Positions 52,101-62,700 of a DNA stretch of 64,000 bases are shown here, piece by piece; within the stretch, counting starts at the first letter, position 1, and the number at the start of each line of letters is the position of its first letter. The DNA comes from Octopus bimaculoides (Eukaryota), in contig NC_069003.1 in the NCBI RefSeq assembly GCF_001194135.2, forward strand, positions 18,910,755-18,974,754, written 5' to 3'. A program made the position numbers and the translations under genes. The notes beneath the pieces are model-generated. The model did no database searches. It saw only the letters and a program-made list of their open reading frames with translations, and was not told the origin of the DNA.

Positions 52101-53489
52101 TGTGTGTCTGTGTTTGTCCCTCACCACCATTTGACAACTGGTGTTGGTATGTTAATGTTCCTGTAACTTAGCAGTTCCGCACAATGGATAGATAGAACAA
52201 GTACCAGGCTTTAAAAAAATAAGTACTGGGATCGATTGATTCAACTAAAAGATTCTTCATGGTGGTGCCCCAGCATGGCCATAGTCTTATGACTAAAATA
52301 GATAGATAAAATATCACTATCATTATCACTCTTATCATCATCATCATCATTATCATCATTTACCGTCCCTGTTTCATGCTTGCATTGGTTTGTTTGGTTT
52401 GATAGGATTCAACAGGTCCCAAAACTGCATCATGGCCCAATGTCTGCTTTGACATGGTTTCTGCAGCTTCCAAATGCCATCCACTTTACAGAGGGTATTT
52501 GTTCTTCATGGTGCCAACACTAGTAAGGTTGCTATGCAGCCTGCAAAACTATGATCCCCTCTAACTAAATAAGGTGATGGTAAAGAGAAAGGCAGTTTTA
52601 TTGTCAAAATCAACAAAGATATATTAACAATATACATCTCATTTCATTGTTCATTTAATCATGCAATCTTTTTCTTTTTGTTACTTTTTCTAGTTTACTC
52701 CACCTGTAAACCAGATTATTTTCAATGCACCAATGGGCGATGTATACCTTATGAACACCGATGTGACCGAGAGAATGATTGTCCTGATGGATCCGATGAG
52801 GTTGGTATGCTTCACAATAATAAGTATTGTTGGTGTTTGTGGAATGCAGGCATTGGTATGGTTGTGAGGTTAAGAAGTTCGCCTCACAGCCATGTGGTTT
52901 CAGGTTCAGTCCCACTATATGGCACTTAGGGCAAGTATTTTTTACAATAGCCCTGATCAATGCTTTGAAAGTGAATTTGGTAAACAGAAACTGTATGAAA
53001 GTATGTCACGTGTAAGTATGTATATATTTGAAACATCAATTATATATATAAACCAAGCTGCCTACTTCCTCCCTCTACTTCTGTTTGCCTCCTTCAGCCA
53101 TTCTGCCTTTAAATTTCACTGCATTATGATTTGAAATGTTAGATACTTATCGCTTTACCCTGATGATGGATCTACCTAATGTTTATATGCTTCCACTACT
53201 GGTTGCATATCTTTGACATTTTGTGAACTACATCTGACAACATTATGAATTAATTCCAAGCCCCCCAGAAACAGCTGTTGGACCTGTAACGCCAAATATC
53301 TATCCTTAATTTTCTGTGTCTTTGTACTCTGTATAAGTTTGCTATGTTAATAAATATATGAAATTTATATATTTATACATGAATATTCATCATCTGAATA
53401 TTTTCAGTCTTTATTTTCTCTCTGTTTACATGTATATATATATATATATATATTGTATATGTAGCTCAAACAGTCTTCTTTACTTGCAT

Positions 53490-53566
<77 letters not shown>

Positions 53567-54461
53567 CAGAAAGACCACTCTCCTGGCGTTTTTCTGCTAG
53601 CTACTTGATAGTATTTTCACATTTGATTCCCAATTCTAATCATTTTTATAATATTTTACGTCTAATTATTTCTTTGTATGATAGTGCTCACTTGCTCTGT
53701 GAATATTGCTTTCGTTACTTTATCAGCCATGATATGTCTTTTTTAAACAAACATCATGTTAGTCCAACTATGTTTAATTTGCAAAAAAAATAGCAGTGAT
53801 CACATAGAGATATTTTAATACCTATAGCATATCAAGTAGCCATAGTAACAAATTCACTTGATTATTCTTAGATAACGACAGAAAGTAAATAAGTCACATG
53901 AGTTCGAAGCTTCACTAAGTTTTGTTAAGTTGTCCAATAAAAATTTTTTCCAGTTTGTATAAACAATAAACTGAGGGCATTTATACAGCGAATTTAAATC
54001 AACAAAATATCTGATTTCCACATCTGAAATAACGAAATAAAACTTGAAATTTAAAAAATTGCAATGAATATATATTAAATAAATTATTATTAATGAAAAC
54101 GATTAGAGGCGGGAGAGAGAGAACAGGAGACTGTGTTGCAAATGAAACATAAAATTTCGCTAGAACATAATATTGTCTATCAAATGTTAAAACCTACTCC
54201 GCAGTGAACATAAAGCTTGGCAACAAATATTTAAATTTGTGATATTAAATAATAACAGACTCTTTGAAACTACCTTTTCATCAATATATATTAACAGGGA
54301 TTTATAAAAATTTTATAAAAATTTTCCAGAGAGTCAAACATGGCTATTATGGAGGATGTGACTAATTAACTAATGGACATTACAGAAATTTATATATGGA
54401 TATGTAGCTGTGTCAATCTGTTATATATATTTGTTATTAATAATTGGCAGTACTTACATAG

Positions 54462-54500
<39 letters not shown>

Positions 54501-55300
54501 CTAGCAGAGGCACCCGGCGTTGCTCGGGAATGAAATTGTTGCTTATATACTTGAAGAAAAAAAGGCAAAATATGCTGTATAGAAATTTGAGGACATTCTG
54601 TAGATGGACTCTCAGATGAATGATGGCTGGGCGCCTCTCATGAATGGGGAAAATTGAAGATGTGCCAAAAAGCCGCATTGGTACTTGGAAACTTTTACGA
54701 AAATTAAAATGGGGATTAAATGAAAAAATGATTTATGTGAATATCCTCACAAGAGTAATTGAAATAAATGGCGATTGTGGAAACCCCCNNNNNNNNNNNN
54801 NNNNNNNNNNNNNNNNNNNNNNNNNNNNNNNNNNNNNNNNNNNNNNNNNNNNNNNNNNNNNNNNNNNNNNNNNNNNNNNNNNNNNNNNNNNNNNNNNNNN
54901 NNNNNNNNNNNNNNNNNNNNNNNNNNNNNNNNNNNNNNNNNNNNNNNNNNNNNNNNNNNNNNNNNNNNNNNNNNNNNNNNNNNNNNNNNNNNNNNNNNNN
55001 NNNNNNNNNNNNNNNNNNNNNNNNNNNNNNNNNNNNNNNNNNNNNNNNNNNNNNNNNNNNNNNNNNNNNNNNNNNNNNNNNNNNNNNNNNNNNNNNNNNN
55101 NNNNNTGACATTGAGGAACCTTTTTAAAGAAGTGAATCTTAAATATAAAGCAATATTATTTATTTTTAATTAAAAAAATCAAATGAAGAGCCTAACATTT
55201 ATCCGAGGTCAAATTATTCATGCATCACAAGTATGGAAGCATTTGGTGAAGTCGATTTCACGTGAAAAGCGATTACACACACATCTCTATTTTATATATA

Positions 55301-55336
<36 letters not shown>

Positions 55337-56725
55337 TCTGAACTCCTGCTGTACATATTAGGTTTCTTCTCTCAGCACCATGTTTGTTGCCACTAGTGTT
55401 TCTGTTTGTATCTCACTGAAGTTTGGAAGGCTTCCAATTTTATACTGATTATCAATAGGTAGCTGAACAGTCACTGATGGTGAAAGGTGACTCAGTGTCT
55501 TATTTTGAAGTAGAATATTCTCCTCTCAAGATACCCTAACCAGTCAATCATAAGATGTACTCGGTGTAAGCTATGGACACATAAGTGGTGCAGTAATATG
55601 AAAGATAGTTTTTGTGTGTGGAAGATGCACAAGTGCAATGAACATCAAAAATGTACAGAAAACAGATTCCCTCACATGCTAAGGGGAAAAAAAACAGGTA
55701 GTTGATAGTTTCTGTTACCTAGGTGACCAAATCAGTAGCTGGGGTGGATGCTCTGAGAGCATAACTGCTAGAATAAGAATAGGCTGGGCAAAGTTCAGAG
55801 AGCTCCTATCTCTGCTAGTAACAAAAGGTCTCTCACTCTCAGAATGAAATGTAGACTATGATGCCTGTGTGCAAACAGCCATGCTACATGGCAGTGAAAT
55901 ATGGGCTATAACTGCTGAGGACAGGCATAGGCTTGAAAGAAATGAAGCTAGTATGCTCCGCTGGATGTGCAATGTCAGTGTGCATGCATAACAGAGTGTA
56001 AGTGCTCCAAGAGAAAAGTTGGACATAAGAAGCATCAGATGTGGTGTGCGAGAGAGACAACTGTGCTGGTATGGTCATGTGATGCATATGAAGACAGTTG
56101 TGTGAAGAAGTGTCACACCTTAACAGTGGAGGGAACCTGTGGAAGTGGTAGACTCAGGAAGACACGGGATGAGGTGGTGAAATACGTTGGGCCACACAGA
56201 GGCAATGACAAGCAACCAAAACCTTTAAAGATATACCATACTTGAGAAGACCCAGCAAGCCAGGTGAGATCATAGTCATAACCAATGCCAGTGTTGCATA
56301 ACCAACCCATTTAAAAGCACTCTTCAATCATTGGGTGACATGCCGTGCTTGTGAAAACCTGTTGAACCAAGTGAAATTGTAGTCGTCGCTGATGCCAGTG
56401 CCACCTGACTGGCACATGAAAAGCACCCACTACACTCTCAGAATGGTTGGCGTTAGGAAGGGCATCCAGCCTTAGAAATCTTGCCAAATCAAATTGGAGC
56501 CTGGTGCATCCTCCCAGTTTGCCAGTTCTCAATAAAACCATCCAGCCCATGCCACCATGGAAAGCAGATGTTAAACAACAATGATGATGATGATACATAT
56601 ATATATATATATATATGTATGTACCTTTTTATGAAAGCTGCACACACTATTTATATGTTTCTGTTTGTGTGTACCCTTGTCTAGAGGTCTTGTATTGATT
56701 GTAAGTGAGCATTAAATGATGATGA

Positions 56726-56769
<44 letters not shown>

Positions 56770-59700
56770 GCATGTGCTTGAAGCATTTATTTACATTATG
56801 CACTGCCATGGTAAGTGGTCATTCTGCACTTACAATAACCTGTGTAATATAAGAATCCTTTATTTGAGAAACAAGGGCTAGTGACAGGTAAAGCATCCAG
56901 CCACTGAATTCTACCTCAAAATCAATTCCCATCCAACCTGTACTATCATGGAAAAATGAATGTTAAACAAAGAATTTTGGCATGGACTGTAGCTGTACTT
57001 GAGTGATATATAGACTTAATTTACTGTTTGATTTAACACCATCCCAACCAGGCCCTTGGGTACCTGTTGAAGAGTGCACTCTGATTCAAAAACTCAAACC
57101 AATTCCTTTTAGTGAAATACACCAAATCCTTGTAATGTTGCCACATTTTATGTTACTGTTTTATTCTTTTTATTTCCTTGTATCAAATGTTCTTTTTTTT
57201 TTTTCCAGATGAATTGCAAATACCAGTGTGATCCAGGGCGGGAATTCAAATGTAAAAATTCTAGTATGTGCTTTCCTTTGAATTTCCAATGTGATGGAAC
57301 ACCTAACTGTCCAGATTCTTCTGATGAACTTGGCTGCAGTAAGCTTTTTCTTCTCTAATTCATCATCATCATCATCATCATCGTTTAACGTCCGCTTTCC
57401 ATGCTGGCATGGGTTGGATGATTTGACTGAGGACTGGCGAACCAGATGGCTGCACCAGGCTCCAGTCTGATCTAGCAGAGTTTCTACAGCTGAATGCCCT
57501 TCCTTACGCCAACCACTCCAAGAGTGTAGTGGGNNNNNNNNNNGCTGCACCAGGCTCCAGTCTGATCTAGCAGAGTTTCTACAGCTGAATGCCCTTCCTT
57601 ACGCCAACCACTCCAAGAGTGTAGTGGGTGCTTTTACGTGCCACCGGCACGAGGGCCAGTCAGGTGGTACTGGCAATAGCCATGCTCAAATGGTGTTTTT
57701 TACGTGCCACCTGCACAGGAGCCATTCCAGCGGCACCAGCAACAACCTCGCTTGAATATTTTTTCACGTGCCACCAGCACAAGTGCCAGTAAGGCGACGC
57801 TGGTAATGATCATGCTCGAAATTACGCTATAGATTTTCCTTTGTACCTAATTAAATTTTCTATCCTCTTATTGAATTTATTATCAAAAAGATTCAACAAA
57901 TATTCATACTGTTTTTCACATTTTATAATATAATATCCTGTTTTCTTTATATTTCATAGTTTAGACATGAAATCTTAAAGTTCACAATTTGCAATCTTGT
58001 TCTCTTAGATCTCATAATTTTTCAGCTATCATATTTTACATTTCAGTGTTCACACTGAAAATTTATGAAACTTTAAAATCTATGAAGATTTTAATAGTTC
58101 ATTAATTTACACCATAATGGTTTTTTTTATATTTCATCATTTAAAGTCATAGGCTTTAACATTTCATTATTTACAGACTTTATTTTGTACTATGTAATTT
58201 ACAATTTTAGTTTCTTATACTTCAAAATTTGAAACTTAATTTTTTTTACATTTCATAAGTAACCGTTAGGATTTCTTACATTTCTTGATTAGTCATAAGT
58301 TATTATTTCATAATTCTAAGTGTTACTTTCTTCCACTTCATAAATTCTGTTTTAGTGTCTTACATTTGTTAATTTACAGTTTTACATTCATTCTTGTTTC
58401 AATTGATGTCCATAAAAGAAGAAAGCCAATTCACTAAAAGTCACAATCTGGATTTTTGATTTGTATATTTTAGTAGATACTGAAAACTTTGTAATGATTT
58501 TCAACTCAATTCTTTGTTTTGTTTTGTGTCATCCTCCTGCAGATAGTACAAGACATAGCTGTTCTAGTGATCATTTTACATGCCGATCAAATGGTCTCTG
58601 TATTCCAAGTGCTTGGAAATGTGATCACGAACCAGACTGTGACGATAATTCAGATGAAACTGATTGTAAGTAAGAATTATTATATTTGTTTTTTTGTTTT
58701 TTCCTTTGGTTTTAATCTATTCCCTCATTACTCTGTCACTTACCTCTACTCTATTACCTGCCATTAATCACTCTAATGCTCATTAATCTCTGTTATTCAG
58801 CATTACTATCATTAATCACTCATCCATCATTACTCTGTCACCCTTTCACTTATACTGTCACCCATAATCAGTCACACTCTCATCCGTCATTAACCACTGT
58901 CACCCATCATTGCACTGTCTGTTATAAAGGATGTTTTTGCCTTTTACCAGGTTCAAAAGGTGGTTGTGCTCCTGACCTCTTTCAGTGCAGTAAAAACCAG
59001 TGTATCATCCAAAAATGGGTTTGCGATCATATCAATGATTGTCTTGATCAATCGGATGAAAAAAACTGCCGTAAGTATACCATGTGATATACGCTACTTG
59101 CTCTTCATTGTCATTGTCATCATTATTGTTGTTGCTGCTGCTGTTGTTGTTGTTGTTGCTGTTGTGGTTATTAAAGCAAATTGGCAAGCTGGCAGAACTC
59201 TTGGCATGCTGGTCAGAATACTTCGTGGCATTTCATAGTCTTTACGTTCTGAATTCAAATGTCGCCATGGCTGACTTTGCCTTTCATTCTTTCAGAGTCA
59301 ATAAAATAAATACCGTTTGGTCACTGGAGTTGATGTAATTGATTGTCTACCCCTCTTCTAAAAAATTTCAGTCTTTGTGCCTATAGTAGAAAGATTTATT
59401 ATTGAAGCAAGGCAGTGAGTTGGCCGAATCATTTGCATGCTGGACAAAATGTTTAGTGGCATTTTGTCCATGTGTCCATCTTAACATTCTAAGTTCAAAT
59501 ACCGCCAGGGTCAACTTTGCCTTTCATCCTTTCGGAATCAATTAAATAAGTACCAGTTGATGTAATCAATACAATTTCCCTCCCTGGAAATTGTTAGCCT
59601 TGTGCCAAAGTTTGAAACCATTATTATTATTATTATTTATTGTTATTATTTGATGAAAACTCAGCTTATTTTGCTGAGTATGATGGAAAGTGTCAGCTGT

Positions 59701-62700
59701 CCACAGCCAGCAGACTAAGGTGACGCTTGTTTAGTAATCATTCTTCAAGAACCCTGTGGAGAATCAGTAGCCAGTCTTAGATGATATAAATATGATATTG
59801 CAATACCAGTAATGTGATTGTTTTCCTAAAACTCTTCAACTTTGTTTGTTTTATTCTTTGCAGCCTTTAACACACCATGCCAGTTCCCTAACCGAACATG
59901 TGACAATGATTCCCTCACATGTCTTACACCAGACAAGTTGTGTGATGGCAAATTCGATTGCACAGACAAATCAGATGAAGGAGGCGAATGTGGTTAGTAG
60001 ATAGAAACATATGTATGTGTATGTATTGTAGTTGTATAGGTGTGTGTGCTCTTCCGGTCACTCCTCGCAGCAATACCTGTCAGTGTTTGGATTGTCCTTT
60101 ACTCCTTTGCACCACATGGGCACAACTCTCCCCCCCTCTTCATCTAACCCCCTCCCTTTGCCTCTCTCCCCCTCCTCCCTCCCTCCTACTTCCTCCCATC
60201 CACCTCTCCTCTTCTGCTCCGACTCCTACTTCTCTTCACCCTTACTCTTTCTCTCTTCTCTCTTACTCTCTCACTCTCTCCTCTCTTTCTCCCTCTATTA
60301 ACACATGGCACTAGTTTAGTTTAGGTGATGTTTGAGTACTTTTTCCTCACTTATTTTTGCCACCCAGGCACTTAAATACCACACCCTAAACACTTCCAGG
60401 GAGGAAAAGCAAAGATGTAGCTTGTTTGCAAAATGATGAGGTACTACAAACTTTAGAAGTTTCCTGTGAAAATCAACAGGAATCCCATTAAATGTATCCG
60501 GAGAATGACTTTAAAAATCATTTGAAGATGGAAGATTTCAAAAGTGAATAGCAATAATGATGTGTTTTGAATGAGAGAGAATAGTTCTGTAACACTAGTT
60601 TTAGATTCACTGATTACCAGTTCCAGAAAATATTCTCAATTTTTAGGTGTTCTTCAGTAGTCTTTAGCCAAAGTGCTTTTATTTGAGACTTGTGTTTGTT
60701 TTTGTGACCTGGGTGAGGGTTTCAGGTACTGATACTAGTTATCTTCTCTTATTCAGTATTGATAGGATTTTAAACTGTTTGTTGTTTAACTCCAGGTTGT
60801 CAAATAAACTTATGATCAAAAACAATCCAACAGTGACCATCATCAATTTTTCAGATACAGTGTATTTAGGACTACATTATTAAATATGATTCTGTTGTTT
60901 GAAATGAGAGGGTATGATTTGAAGGGAGTTTTGTTGCTATTTCTAGCAGGCTGAACAACCATATAGTGTCCTCTCAATACTACAACCACCACTACTACCA
61001 CCGCCACTACTACTACTACAATACATATTCTAAGAATTCTTGAAGTGTGTTATTCCTGTTTATAATTAACCACAAGTTTTATGATTTTTGTTTCAGGTGT
61101 TGACGAGTGTTCTTCTGGCGTCTGTAGCCACATCTGTGTCCCTTCACCAACTGGTTTCATCTGCCTGTGTCCACCACACAAGAAACTACTTCCTGACATG
61201 AAAACATGTGCTGGTAATTTATATTCTCTCAGTTTTTGTTTGTTGGTTTTTGTTTTAAGCTGTTGAGTTGATGATGTTGATTAACTCATTAGTATCTAAA
61301 CTGGCCCTGTCGAGCCAGTATATTCTGCCTGTTTTACATTCAAACTGACCAGATCTGGCCTTTCACATCAACCCTACATTGTCAAACAATCACAACACAG
61401 AAATTTTGTAGTTACAGGATAATGCATGATTAATTGAAAACAATGTGAATAAATAAGCATTACGTTTGACAAAGTAATCTGAATGCTAAAGGGTTAAATT
61501 ACTGAGCTCATTGTAAAAGAAACATAAAAAATGTTATATTTGTTTCTATCTACATTTGCTTAATTAAACTAATTATATTTATTAATTATTTTAACTAGAA
61601 TTAAATGTATGCGACCAGTGGGGCATCTGCAGTCAGAACTGTACTCCTGGTCCTGATAAGTCCTTCAAATGTTCCTGTTTCCCCGGATATTCTGTCAGTC
61701 CTGATGGAAGCACCTGCATTCCAGATGGTAAGTCAAAGAATTTCCACTTCATTTGAAAATTACTTCCACCATTGAAAAATAAATAAAAATAAAGAATATT
61801 TTTGACCAAATTCATTGGAATTTTAGATTTATCAGTAGATGCAGGTATGGCTGTGTGGTTTCAAAGTTTGCTTTGGAACCATGTGAGTTTAGGTTCAGTA
61901 TCACTGCATGACACTTTGTGCAAATATCTTCTACCCTAGCTTCAGGATGATCAATGCTTTGTGAATGAAATTTGGTAGGTGGAAATTGTATGGCTCTTTT
62001 TGTGTATGTGTGTGATATGTGAATGCATTTATGTGTTGGTTTCTGCATTCTTTACATTGGCACCAAACCAACATTGGTGATGTTGTTTATGCCTTGCATA
62101 AACTAAATGTCCCATAGTCGTTTGATATAGGAAGGCTTGGGCTGAAATGCCTCACTTGAAGACAAGCAATGGTTATTGTCAAGAAGAGCATCCAACCAAA
62201 GAATATTGTCCTATCCAGGTCAGCATCAAAAGATGAAGATATAACAATGGCACTGGCGTTACCAGTGACAATTCCCCCACAGTAGCTTCAGAATTCTTTA
62301 AAATTATTTCTGGCATTGATGTTATTATTGCTTTGCATCAGTTTTCCTTGCTGATGGGGTGTTGTGATCCAAGTCATTTTTTATTTTATTGGGTGTGGCT
62401 TCCCAACCACATGGTTCCAGGTTCACTCCCACTGTGTAGCACCTTGGGCATGCATCTTCTACTATACCCCGGGCCAACCAAGGTCTTGTGAGTGGATTTG
62501 GTTGACAAAAACTGAAAGAAACCCATTGTCTATGTATGCATATGTATCCACATGGGGGAATATTACCTTACTTGGAAACAGGTGAGAGTTGGTAACAGGA
62601 AGGGCATCCAATCATAGAAAATCTGCTTCAATAAATTCCATTCAACCCATGCTAGCATGGGGAAGTGCATATTAAAACTATGATGACGATGATGGATTCC

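Noticed and set aside
53564-53600. 9-bp inverted repeat TAGCAGAAA/TTTCTGCTA resembling two opposed Helitron 3' ends
   Set aside because: Too short to distinguish from chance or decay of a single Helitron end.
57450-57627. Identical 84-bp direct duplication around the 10-N gap (57534-57543)
   Set aside because: Perfect identity on both sides of a tiny gap indicates unmerged overlapping contig ends, not biology.
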